From: Eubacteriales bacterium
Lineage (GTDB): Bacteria > Bacillota > Clostridia > Oscillospirales > CAG-272
Assembly: GCA_045658565.1 (NCBI GenBank)
Contig: JAZOVF010000008.1
Coordinates: 49,051-113,050, forward strand
Reading direction: 5' to 3'
DNA: 64,000 nt
Shown here: in pieces, positions 28,039-36,794 of the stretch
Numbering within the stretch: the stretch's first letter is position 1
Layout of the letters: the number at the start of each line of letters is the position of its first letter
Program-made: the position numbers and the translations under genes
The notes under the pieces: model-generated
The model's input: only the letters and a program-made list of their open reading frames with translations
The model's database searches: none
Told to the model about the DNA's origin: nothing

Positions 28039-29337
28039 ATGAATATAAGAAAAATAGCACTTGATATGATGCTTGACTATGAGATAAGCGGAAAATATGT
28101 TAATCTTTCTCTCTCCTCTCACACAGCAGACAGGCTTACAGACTCCGAGAGAGGACAGCTCACATCTCTTCTTTATACTGCTGTTGAGCATAAGATTACA
28201 TACGATTATCTTATAGCGTCTCTTTCAGGCAGAAGTATTGATGATATAGACGACTATACGCGGGCTTTGCTGCGCCTTGGCCTTTGCCAGATAATTCATA
28301 TAAACTCTATTCCCGATTTTGCCGCAACAAACGAGACGGTAAAGCTTGCAAGAAACCCTGGCGAGCGCTCATTTGTCAACGGAGTTTTGCGCTCTGCGGT
28401 GAGGAATAAGGAGAATCTCCCTATTCCGAAAAAAGAGAAGAACTACCGCCGTTATCTTTCGGTAAAATATTCATTTCCCCTTTGGATAGTAAAGCATTTT
28501 TCTTCTCTATTCGGAGAGGACGTGTGCGAAGAAATTCTTAACTTTTATAATACAGAAAAATACACAGATATATCACTTAATCTAACAAGGTGTAACGGCT
28601 CTGAACTTCGGGCGGAGTACAGTGCCGCTCCTGTAATTGACAACAAGCTCAGCCTGCGTATAGACAGCTCGGTTAACCCCGAGAGGCTTGCAGGATTTTT
28701 TGAGGGTTATTTCTTTGTACAGGATACGGCATCCGCTGCTGCGGTTGCGGCGCTTGCGCCGAGAGCAGGGGACAGGCTTATTGATGTTTGCTCAGCCCCG
28801 GGAGGCAAGAGCTTTCCCGCCGCTGTTCTTATGGAGAACAAGGGTGAAATTTATTCCTTTGACCTTCATGAGAGTAAGCTTTCGCTTATAAGAAGCGGTG
28901 CAAAAAGGCTGGGGCTTGATATAATAAATGTGGCTATGCGTGATGCGACTTTTCCGCATGAAGAGTTCTTTGGTACCGCTGACAAGGTTATATGCGATGT
29001 GCCCTGCTCGGGTCTTGGTGTTCTTGGTAAAAAGCCCGACTTAAGGTATAAGGATGAGGCAACCTTAAGAGAGCTTCCCGCCTTGCAGCTTAAAATACTT
29101 AACGAGTCGGCAAAATACCTGAAAGACGGCGGAGAGCTTCTTTATTCCACCTGCACATTAAACCCTGAGGAAAACGAAAATGTGATAAAGGCATTCCTTG
29201 AGGAAAATGTAGGCTTTGAGTTAGTTGATTTTAAGGTCGGTGAGCTTTGCTCCGAGGGAGGAATGCTGACCCTTTTGCCTCATATTCACAAAACTGACGG
29301 CTTCTTTATGGCAAAGCTGAAAAGGAAAGTAAAATGA
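28039..29337 (+). CDS. rsmB: 16S rRNA m5C967 methyltransferase
   Basis: NusB-like N-terminus; DVCSAPGGKS, DVPCSGLG, YSTCT. Confidence 0.96.
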   Translation: MNIRKIALDMMLDYEISGKYVNLSLSSHTADRLTDSERGQLTSLLYTAVEHKITYDYLIASLSGRSIDDIDDYTRALLRLGLCQIIHINSIPDFAATNETVKLARNPGERSFVNGVLRSAVRNKENLPIPKKEKNYRRYLSVKYSFPLWIVKHFSSLFGEDVCEEILNFYNTEKYTDISLNLTRCNGSELRAEYSAAPVIDNKLSLRIDSSVNPERLAGFFEGYFFVQDTASAAAVAALAPRAGDRLIDVCSAPGGKSFPAAVLMENKGEIYSFDLHESKLSLIRSGAKRLGLDIINVAMRDATFPHEEFFGTADKVICDVPCSGLGVLGKKPDLRYKDEATLRELPALQLKILNESAKYLKDGGELLYSTCTLNPEENENVIKAFLEENVGFELVDFKVGELCSEGGMLTLLPHIHKTDGFFMAKLKRKVK

Positions 29338-30398
29338 CAGAAAAAATAGATTTATATTCAATGCTCCCCGAGGAGCTTGAAGAGTATTTTGTATCTCTCG
29401 GAGAGCCTAAATTCCGAGCAAAGCAGACCTTTCCACGTCTTGCAAAGGGGGAGAGCCTAGACGGTCTTACAAATCTTTCAAAGGCTCTCAGAGCGCGACT
29501 TGCTGAAGAAACTGTTGACACTCTTCCGCGAGTGGAAGAAAGACTCGTGTCAAAGATAGACGGAACGGTAAAGTACCTTTTCAGGCTTCACGACGGCTCT
29601 TGCATTGAGAGTGTTTTAATGAAATACAAGCATGGAAACACACTTTGCATATCCAGCCAGGTTGGCTGCTATATGGGTTGTAAGTTTTGTGCTTCGACAA
29701 TAGGCGGCAAGGTTCGCGACCTTTACCCCTCAGAGCTTCTCGGGCAGATTATCGCTGCTCAGCTTGACTCGGGGGAGAGGGTTTCAAATGTTGTAATGAT
29801 GGGTATAGGCGAGCCTCTTGATAACTTTGACAATGTAATAAAGTTTTTGCGGCTTGTAAATCACCCCGACGGTCTTAATATAGGCTATCGCCACATTTCC
29901 CTTTCAACCTGCGGTGTTGTTCCCGGAATATACAAGCTGGCTGAGGTTGATATTCCTATTACACTTTCAATTTCTCTGCACGCATCAAATGACGAAAAGC
30001 GTACAGAGATTATGCCTGTAAACAAAAAGTGGAAAATATCGGAGCTTCTCTCTGCCTGCGTAGATTATTACAAGGTTACAGGCAGACGAATATCCTTTGA
30101 ATATACCCTGATATCGGGTAAAAATGATACAGAGGCCGATGCCAAGGAGCTTGCTTCCCTTCTAAAAAACGCATTCCGAGGCACAGGCGCGCCAATACAT
30201 GTAAACCTTATCCGCGTTAATGAGGTAAAGGAAACAGGCTTTAAAAAGGGCAGTGCCGAGTCGGCAAACAATTTTGCCAAGACACTTGAGGGACTTGGCG
30301 TGGTGGCAACAGTGCGCCGCAGACTCGGTGCAGATGTAAATGCCGCTTGCGGACAGCTTCGCCGCTCCGCAATGAAAGCACAATCAGAGCAAAGCTGA
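29334..30398 (+). CDS. rlmN: 23S rRNA m2A2503 methyltransferase (radical SAM)
   Basis: CISSQVGCYMGCKFCAS, MGIGEPLDN, AACGQL. Confidence 0.98.
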   Translation: MTEKIDLYSMLPEELEEYFVSLGEPKFRAKQTFPRLAKGESLDGLTNLSKALRARLAEETVDTLPRVEERLVSKIDGTVKYLFRLHDGSCIESVLMKYKHGNTLCISSQVGCYMGCKFCASTIGGKVRDLYPSELLGQIIAAQLDSGERVSNVVMMGIGEPLDNFDNVIKFLRLVNHPDGLNIGYRHISLSTCGVVPGIYKLAEVDIPITLSISLHASNDEKRTEIMPVNKKWKISELLSACVDYYKVTGRRISFEYTLISGKNDTEADAKELASLLKNAFRGTGAPIHVNLIRVNEVKETGFKKGSAESANNFAKTLEGLGVVATVRRRLGADVNAACGQLRRSAMKAQSEQS

Positions 30399-30407
30399 GG
30401 TAATATT

Positions 30408-31349
30408 TTGATTAGTACAAAATACGGTAAGGTTGTAAAGGGCCTTGGTGGTCTATACGAAACAAGAGTAGTAACAAACGGTAAAACCGAGCGCCTCGAA
30501 TGTCGGGCTAAGGGAATACTTAAGCGCGATGAGGCAAAGGTGCTGGTTGGTGATAATGTAATAATAACAGTAGACGACTCCACCCCGGACGGTATTGTGA
30601 TTTCTGAAATTGAGGAGAGAAAAAATTCGCTGATTCGCCCCCCTCTTGCAAATCTTGATTATCTTTTTATTGTTTTTGCGGCGGTAAAGCCTTCACCTGT
30701 TATTGAAACTGTAGATAAGCTTATATCAATAGCGGAGCACAATTCAATAACCCCTGTTATAGTAATAACAAAATCCGACCTTGCAGGAGATGCTTCAGAG
30801 GAATATGCGGCAATATACCGCCTTGTGGGACTTCCTACCTTTATCACCTCATCTGAAGCAGGCGAGGGGCTTAGCGAACTTTCCTCTTATATAAAAAGAG
30901 AGTTAAAAAACGGTAAAACTGCCGCCTTTGCGGGAGCCTCGGGTGTTGGAAAATCAACTCTTATGAATGCCCTTTTTCCCGGGCTTACCCTTGCAACAGC
31001 AGAAATATCGAGAAAAATAGAGCGTGGCAGACACACCACCCGCCATGTTGAAATATTTGACATAGAGGATAACGGTGATACAGGATTTCTCGCGGATACT
31101 CCGGGCTTTTCGCTTATAGATTTTGCCCGCTTTGATTTCTTCGCGCTTGATGAGCTATTACCCACATTCAGAGATTTTACCCCCTATCTCGGTGAGTGCC
31201 GCTATGCCGACTGTGCCCACTTTGGCGAGGGTGAGGACGAGTGTGCCGTAGCACGTGCTGCATTAGAAGGCAAAATATCTCCCTCCCGCCTTGAGTCCTA
31301 CCGCTCAATATATAGAGTTTTAAAGGATAAAAAGGGTTATGATAAATAA
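30408..31349 (+). CDS. rsgA: Ribosome small subunit-dependent GTPase A
   Basis: TKSDL, GASGVGKSTL, RGRHTTR, DTPGF, CRYADCAH...C; TTG start. Confidence 0.97.
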   Translation: MISTKYGKVVKGLGGLYETRVVTNGKTERLECRAKGILKRDEAKVLVGDNVIITVDDSTPDGIVISEIEERKNSLIRPPLANLDYLFIVFAAVKPSPVIETVDKLISIAEHNSITPVIVITKSDLAGDASEEYAAIYRLVGLPTFITSSEAGEGLSELSSYIKRELKNGKTAAFAGASGVGKSTLMNALFPGLTLATAEISRKIERGRHTTRHVEIFDIEDNGDTGFLADTPGFSLIDFARFDFFALDELLPTFRDFTPYLGECRYADCAHFGEGEDECAVARAALEGKISPSRLESYRSIYRVLKDKKGYDK

Positions 31350-31865
31350 GCCTTCCCCTTGGGGAAGGGGGACCACGGAGTGGTGGATGAGGTAATAGCA
31401 ACAACTTTTATTTGTGGAGTTTTAACTTTTTGAATGATATAAAAAATGCCTTACGAATATAACAGAACTTTAACTCTTAATGCGCAAGATTTGCGAAAGA
31501 ATATGACTCCTGATGAAAAACATCTATGGTATGATTTTTTGAAGCGATTACCTTTAACTGTCAATCGTCAAAAAATGATAGGACCATACATAACTGACTT
31601 TTATATTCATTCAGCAAAAATTGTGATTAAATTAGACGGTATTCAACACGAAATGCGTGAGAGCAAAACAAAAGATGAAAAGCGCGATGAATATTTAAAA
31701 TCACAGGGGATTGCGGTGTTGAGATATAGTAATGCCGTTCTTCGGGATAATTTTAACTTTGTATGTGAAGATATTTTAAATCATCTGGGACTTGATTATG
31801 AGGTTTTGAAAAAATAAGTGTACCTCATCCACCGCAAGCGGTCCCCCTTCCCCAAGGGGAAGGCT
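31349..31865. mobile_element. Candidate mini-element: DUF559 gene bracketed by inverted REP-like repeats
   Basis: Inverted repeats at 31349-31394 and 31821-31865; flanked by a 66-bp direct repeat of the rsgA 3' end at 31286-31351 and 31873-31938. Confidence 0.7.
31446..31817 (+). CDS. DUF559 / Vsr-like endonuclease domain protein, possibly inactivated
   Basis: LRKNMTPDEKHLWYDFL...RQKMIGPYITDFY...VIKLDGIQH...DEKRDEYL...VLRYSN. Confidence 0.9.
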   Translation: MPYEYNRTLTLNAQDLRKNMTPDEKHLWYDFLKRLPLTVNRQKMIGPYITDFYIHSAKIVIKLDGIQHEMRESKTKDEKRDEYLKSQGIAVLRYSNAVLRDNFNFVCEDILNHLGLDYEVLKK

Positions 31866-31872
31866 ATCTTTG

Positions 31873-31938
31873 CCGCCTTGATTCCTATCGCTCAATATAT
31901 AGAGTTTTAAAGGATAAAAAGGGTTATGATAAATAAGC
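31873..31938 (+). repeat. Second copy of the last 66 bp of rsgA, including the stop codon
   Basis: 64 of 66 identical to 31286-31351. Confidence 0.95.
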
Positions 31939-32074
31939 ACTTTCGTGGCCCTCGATATGTTGGGATTAAAGCTGAAAAAACTTTAAGAGACTGTCTCAAG
32001 TATTTAGCTTACGGGACAGTCTCTTTTTTGTTTCAGTTGTATTTATTTTCTATAAGAATTGGAAATTTACTTTT

Positions 32075-32290
32075 CTATATTTTGTTGAAATCCGGTTTGT
32101 CTGTCCTCCCTAGAAGATAATCGAGAGAAACGTTAAAGTAGTCTGCAAATTTTATTAGTGTAGCGTAATCCGCCTCTCGTTCCTCATTCTCGTATCTACT
32201 TATGCTGTTTTGATTCATATTCAAGTCAAGAGCGAGCTTTAGCTGTGATATTTTTCGCGTTTTACGTAATTCTTTTAGCCTAAATTTCAT
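32075..32290 (-). CDS. XRE-family helix-turn-helix regulator
   Basis: RLKELRK...SQLKLA...ISRYEN...ADYFNVSLDYLLGRTD. Confidence 0.92.
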   Translation of the reverse strand: MKFRLKELRKTRKISQLKLALDLNMNQNSISRYENEEREADYATLIKFADYFNVSLDYLLGRTDKPDFNKI

Positions 32291-32327
32291 AATTTTCCTC
32301 TTTTCTCTACTTTTTTAAAAAAAGCTC

Positions 32328-32378
32328 TTGACATTATTATACCGAAATGGTATAATCTAAATATCCCGAATTGGGATA
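32328..32378 (+). promoter_or_regulatory. SigA promoter overlapped by two palindromic operators
   Basis: TTGACA-17-TATAAT at 32328-32356; tatacc-gaaat-ggtata at 32338-32354 and tatccc-gaatt-gggata at 32362-32378. Confidence 0.75.
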
Positions 32379-32393
32379 AAGGAGGATTTTTAT

Positions 32394-32966
32394 ATGAAAT
32401 GTGGAAAACATGTGAACAGCGATGCTGTTGCTCAGTGTGAGGAGTGCGGAATAGGTGTTTGTTCCCTGTGTGCTGAAGAAACAAAGCTTGCTCGCGATTC
32501 TGTAGGAATTTTGTGTATAGATTGCTATAAAGAATCATTAGAGTGGATTATTTCCAATAATAGGGAAAAGGCACGAAAAATCGGGAATCGCATAAAAGGG
32601 AAACTGATTTTTTACTTTATAGGACTTGTATGTATTCTTGCTGAGTTTCTGTTCAATCTTGGAGGTCCCGGCTTAGGACTGGGTATATTCTTTTGCGGAA
32701 TTTATATGGGTGTTGCGGGTTGGAAAGCAGGAGCGGAAGCTCATGAGGACTGGGAAAGAAAGCATGGGGTTACATATGAAGTTACTAGCGAGGGAATTAC
32801 TCGTGATGAGGGGATAGGCGGAAAAGTATTTTTGTTTGTTTTATATCTTGCATTTGGTATTATAGCGACTCCTTGTTCGTGCTTGCTTGATAAGGGTAAA
32901 AAGAGCGAAGCTGAGAAGAGCATAGCATACTTTGAAAACGAACTGTTAAGAGTAAATAATTTATAA
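32394..32966 (+). CDS. Hypothetical membrane protein with N-terminal B-box-like zinc finger
   Basis: CxxH...CxxC...CxxC...CxxC N-terminus followed by about three TM segments; AAGGAGG RBS. Confidence 0.75.
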   Translation: MKCGKHVNSDAVAQCEECGIGVCSLCAEETKLARDSVGILCIDCYKESLEWIISNNREKARKIGNRIKGKLIFYFIGLVCILAEFLFNLGGPGLGLGIFFCGIYMGVAGWKAGAEAHEDWERKHGVTYEVTSEGITRDEGIGGKVFLFVLYLAFGIIATPCSCLLDKGKKSEAEKSIAYFENELLRVNNL

Positions 32967-33004
32967 AACAAGGTTCAAGTGCTTAATCTATATAGTGGAT
33001 AAAT

Positions 33005-33040
33005 AAAAAGACGCAGGAAATCTGGAGCCTGCGTCTTTTT
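33005..33040. terminator. Bidirectional terminator
   Basis: aaaaagacgcagg / cctgcgtcttttt between convergent genes. Confidence 0.85.
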
Positions 33041-33058
33041 CACCGACAAAGGTTGTTA

Positions 33059-33961
33059 TTAACTTAATGGGATTTCATATTCAAGAGCCTCTATCCATTT
33101 TCCGTCTATAAAATTGCAGGCTCTGAGTATAATTTCTTCTTCATAAACTTCAACAATCAAGCCATCTCCCGCAGGGTAGCCGTCACCTGTCGAGCGGGGG
33201 AGATAAACACTTTTTACACCGTAGTCGGTGCAAAAGCTATCTTCGTCAAAGCTCCAGTGGGTGTGACCTGAAATGTATATCAGATTGTCGCACTCACGCA
33301 AAAGCTCTGTGACTTCGCTTTTGTCTACTCCCTCAATCATATATAACGGGTGGTGATTGAATAATAAGATAGGCGCGCCTGCCTCTTTTGCCTCGTTAAG
33401 AGTGGATTTCAGCCAGCCAAGCTGCTCTTCGCTTATCTTGCAGGAATGAACCGTTGATTCCTCTGTTGCGAGAAAAATCACATAGCAGCCGTTAATTACC
33501 TTATAGTAGTAAGGCTTCTCGATATTGTTGTCAAAATGTCGGGAATTCCTTTTTATAAATTCCTTGCATAGCTCATCATAATTTCCGTCACCGTTGCCAA
33601 CGTCATGATTTCCCACTGCGACAAGTATATTTTCGGCAGGGGAGCCCCTTTCTACCGCGCTATAGAAAAAGTGGTTTTCCATAAAGCCACCGTTCATAGT
33701 ATTGTCACCAAGAAAGACGGCTGTGTCTGTATTTGCAGATTTCATTCCTTGTATAAGCTCTACAAATGAGTTGAAATTTTCTGCGTTGTTTGTTTCTATA
33801 TGAGTGTCTGAAACTATCGAGAAGCTTGTAATCAGCTCATCGGGATTTTTTTGCTGAAGCTCGGAATCCGAAGTCTGCCCAAATGAGAATAAAAGCCCAA
33901 AACAGGTAAAGAGTGTTGCAAAAAACTCTATTACCGAGGTGAAAACAATTGAAATATCCAT
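33059..33961 (-). CDS. Metallophosphoesterase (Icc/CpdA-like) with N-terminal hydrophobic segment
   Basis: SDTH, LGDNT, GNHD, NHHP, SGHTH. Confidence 0.88.
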   Translation of the reverse strand: MDISIVFTSVIEFFATLFTCFGLLFSFGQTSDSELQQKNPDELITSFSIVSDTHIETNNAENFNSFVELIQGMKSANTDTAVFLGDNTMNGGFMENHFFYSAVERGSPAENILVAVGNHDVGNGDGNYDELCKEFIKRNSRHFDNNIEKPYYYKVINGCYVIFLATEESTVHSCKISEEQLGWLKSTLNEAKEAGAPILLFNHHPLYMIEGVDKSEVTELLRECDNLIYISGHTHWSFDEDSFCTDYGVKSVYLPRSTGDGYPAGDGLIVEVYEEEIILRACNFIDGKWIEALEYEIPLS

Positions 33962-34001
33962 ATAATTTGGGATTTAACACTAAACCTTGCGGCTTTAAAT
34001 A

Positions 34002-35228
34002 TTAAAATGCCCACTCTCCGTTTTCAAAAATTTTTACCTCTTGTTCGTCGCGGCAAATGGCAGTAATACACATGTCGGGAGTTCCTATCATAAAGTCCTC
34101 GTGGATTATAGAGTCGTTTATTCCGAGGCTGTGAAGCTCCTCCTCGGTGTATTTGTCATAGTCTTTATAAAGATTGGTAAAGCCTCTGCCAAACGCAAGG
34201 TGGCAGGCTGCGTTTTCGTCAAAGAGGGTGTTGTAATAGAGCAGTCCCGATTCTCTTATAGGTGAGGAATATGGAACAAGAGCGCATTCGCCAAGATATG
34301 CTGCCCCCTCATCCATGCCGATAAGCTGTCTTAAGAATGACTCATTTTTTTCAGCTCCAACATCAACGGCACGTCCGCCCTCAAACTTTATCCAGAAGTT
34401 GTCAATAAGCTGCCCCTCAAAGGCTAAGGGCTTGGTTGAATAAACTATTCCGTCAGCATCCCCGCGTCTCGGAGAGGTAAATACCTCCTCCGAGGGAATG
34501 TTAGGGTTAAAATAAACACCCTTACCGAGGGTCTCTTCACCCCCTGCCATAAAGAGGCCGTCATCGAGAAGACCTACTCTTAGGTCGGTGCCGTTAGATG
34601 CCTTATATTTTAATTCCTTAATTCCGAGGGAATTTAAATATTCGTACTTCTTTTTTAGGTCAGCATTGTGCTTTTCCCAGGCGGCAATAGGGTCATCGTC
34701 AACTCTCGATGAGGTTAAAATAGCCTCCCAGAGCTTTTCTACCGCAACACTTGCTCTCTCGCCGGGGAATATCTTTTTTGCCCATTCCTTGCCGGGAACT
34801 GCGGCGATACACCACTGATATTTGTTTTCCATACGGTTGCGTATAGGCTTTATCGTCTTTGAGCGGGCAGCCATAGCAGCCGAGTATTTTTCTTGGTTAA
34901 TTCCCGCAAGTCCGTCGGGGTCCTCGGAGATAAGATATATCTTGCATGGCAAATTTTCTGCCTGCCACTCCCATTTTTCTATCTGCCACTTGTCAAGGGT
35001 AGAAAGTCTTTTCTTGGAGCAGTAGCGAACATCAAGCTTTGTCAGAGGCTGATAGGACCAATCTACCGTAACCTTTGCAGCTCCCGCCTTGTAGCACTCC
35101 TCGACTACCATTTTAACAAATTCGGGCTGGTCAAGCTCTGCGGAAACAAGAACCTCCTGTCCCTTTTGTACGTTGACACCCAAACGGGCAATAAGATTTG
35201 CATATTTTCTGAGTCGTGTTTTGTTCAT
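34002..35228 (-). CDS. Aminopeptidase, M29 family (AmpS/PepS-like)
   Basis: GVNVQKGQ, NIPSEEVFTSP, LGECALV, NTLFDENAACHLAFG, HEDFMIG. Confidence 0.95.
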   Translation of the reverse strand: MNKTRLRKYANLIARLGVNVQKGQEVLVSAELDQPEFVKMVVEECYKAGAAKVTVDWSYQPLTKLDVRYCSKKRLSTLDKWQIEKWEWQAENLPCKIYLISEDPDGLAGINQEKYSAAMAARSKTIKPIRNRMENKYQWCIAAVPGKEWAKKIFPGERASVAVEKLWEAILTSSRVDDDPIAAWEKHNADLKKKYEYLNSLGIKELKYKASNGTDLRVGLLDDGLFMAGGEETLGKGVYFNPNIPSEEVFTSPRRGDADGIVYSTKPLAFEGQLIDNFWIKFEGGRAVDVGAEKNESFLRQLIGMDEGAAYLGECALVPYSSPIRESGLLYYNTLFDENAACHLAFGRGFTNLYKDYDKYTEEELHSLGINDSIIHEDFMIGTPDMCITAICRDEQEVKIFENGEWAF

Positions 35229-35241
35229 TTTTTTGTCCTCT

Positions 35242-36660
35242 TTAAATATTTATCAAAACCTCTTTAAGGTATTCCCACACCCTTTCGGTGGACGAAATAG
35301 AAAGCCTTTCGGCAGGGGTGTGTATATCGTGAGCACGGGGACCCATAGAAATGCAGTCAAGCCCCTCTATTTTCTTTGAGAACAGACCGCATTCAAGCCC
35401 TGCGTGTATGGTAATTACCTTTGCATCATTATTGTACATATTACGGTAAATTTCACACATAATGTCTCTGAGGCGTGAGTCCTTTTTATATTCCCAGCCC
35501 GGATAGTCACCATGCTCGTTTATAGTTGCTCCGTGGAGTGAACAGACTTCCTTAACCTTTGATGCCAGCGCCTCTTTTTCTTCATCTTTCGACGAGCGAA
35601 GAGCTGTGGTAATATTTGCGTAATTTTTATCTGTCGATATTATACCCAAATTTATCGAGGTTTCAACCATGCCCGAAACCTCCTCGCTCATTTTTATAAC
35701 GCCATAGGGAATAGAGTTGATGAGGGAAATAAGATTTTTTGTGGTCTCAGATGTCATTACACAGTCGACCTCTCCCGAAAGTGCAAGAGTAATGTTTTCT
35801 TTTTCTGAATTCTTGGGAAGCTCTTCCCTTAACTTATCGGCGATTTCCGATAGCCTACTAAGGCTCATGGAAGAAACAAACTCAGCTGTTGCATATGGGG
35901 GAATAGCATTGTCGGCAACTCCGCCCGAAATACTGATAAGGCTGATGTCGCCAAAGGCAGAAAGATATTCGCCCAGTCTCTTTACCGCATTTGTGCGCCC
36001 CTTGTCTATCATAATACCGCTATGACCGCCAAGAAGTCCGTCGATTATCAAGGTGTATTTTTTACCCTTTGTCTGCTGGTAGAAAATAGGCAGAGAAATA
36101 TCAATTCTTCTGCCTCCCGCACAGCCTGCGATAAATACACCCTCTTCGTCGGAATCAAGATTTATCATCATTTTTCCGCTGAGGCGCGAGCAGTCGAGAG
36201 CCTCAGCACCGACAAGCCCAATTTCCTCGTCGGAGGTAAATACCGCCTCGATAGGAGGGTGGGGGATATCCGAGGAATCCAGAAGAGCAAGAGCATAAGC
36301 AACTGCAATTCCGTTATCAGCACCAAGGGTTGTGCCCTCAGCTTTGATAAAATCACCGTCAAGGATGGGATTTACACCGTTCTTTTCCATATCCCACATT
36401 ACACCGTCAGCTTTTTGCAAAACCATATCGGTGTGTCCTTGAATTATAACAGCACCTTTGTTTTCATAGCCCTCTGTTCCGGGCTTTTTGATTATAACAT
36501 TATCGAAAGCGTCTCGATAAAAATCAAGCTTCTTAGCCCTTGCAAACCCGACAAGATAATCTGCGATAGCCTCTGTATTGCCCGAGCCGCGGGGAATTTT
36601 TGAAATTTCGGCAAAAAAGCGAAAAACCGAAGCCGCTTTAGAGTCTTTTAAATTTATCAT
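35242..36660 (-). CDS. pepD: Aminoacyl-histidine dipeptidase (M20C)
   Basis: IPRGSGN, QGHTDMV, TTLGADNG, DEEIGL, GGHSG, HAGLECG. Confidence 0.95.
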   Translation of the reverse strand: MINLKDSKAASVFRFFAEISKIPRGSGNTEAIADYLVGFARAKKLDFYRDAFDNVIIKKPGTEGYENKGAVIIQGHTDMVLQKADGVMWDMEKNGVNPILDGDFIKAEGTTLGADNGIAVAYALALLDSSDIPHPPIEAVFTSDEEIGLVGAEALDCSRLSGKMMINLDSDEEGVFIAGCAGGRRIDISLPIFYQQTKGKKYTLIIDGLLGGHSGIMIDKGRTNAVKRLGEYLSAFGDISLISISGGVADNAIPPYATAEFVSSMSLSRLSEIADKLREELPKNSEKENITLALSGEVDCVMTSETTKNLISLINSIPYGVIKMSEEVSGMVETSINLGIISTDKNYANITTALRSSKDEEKEALASKVKEVCSLHGATINEHGDYPGWEYKKDSRLRDIMCEIYRNMYNNDAKVITIHAGLECGLFSKKIEGLDCISMGPRAHDIHTPAERLSISSTERVWEYLKEVLINI

Positions 36661-36794
36661 AGGTATTTCCTCACTGAAAAATTCACTTACCTAATATTTT
36701 ACAATAAAATGCCATAATTTTCAAGCATTAAGTTGACATTTAGGTCCAAAAGATGTAAAATAAATTCAAGATGTATAAAAAGGAGCTTTTCCTA

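Noticed and set aside
31926-32120. 64-aa ORF after the DUF559 cassette
   Set aside because: Its ATG comes from the duplicated rsgA tail, and it runs through a terminator-like hairpin into the XRE gene
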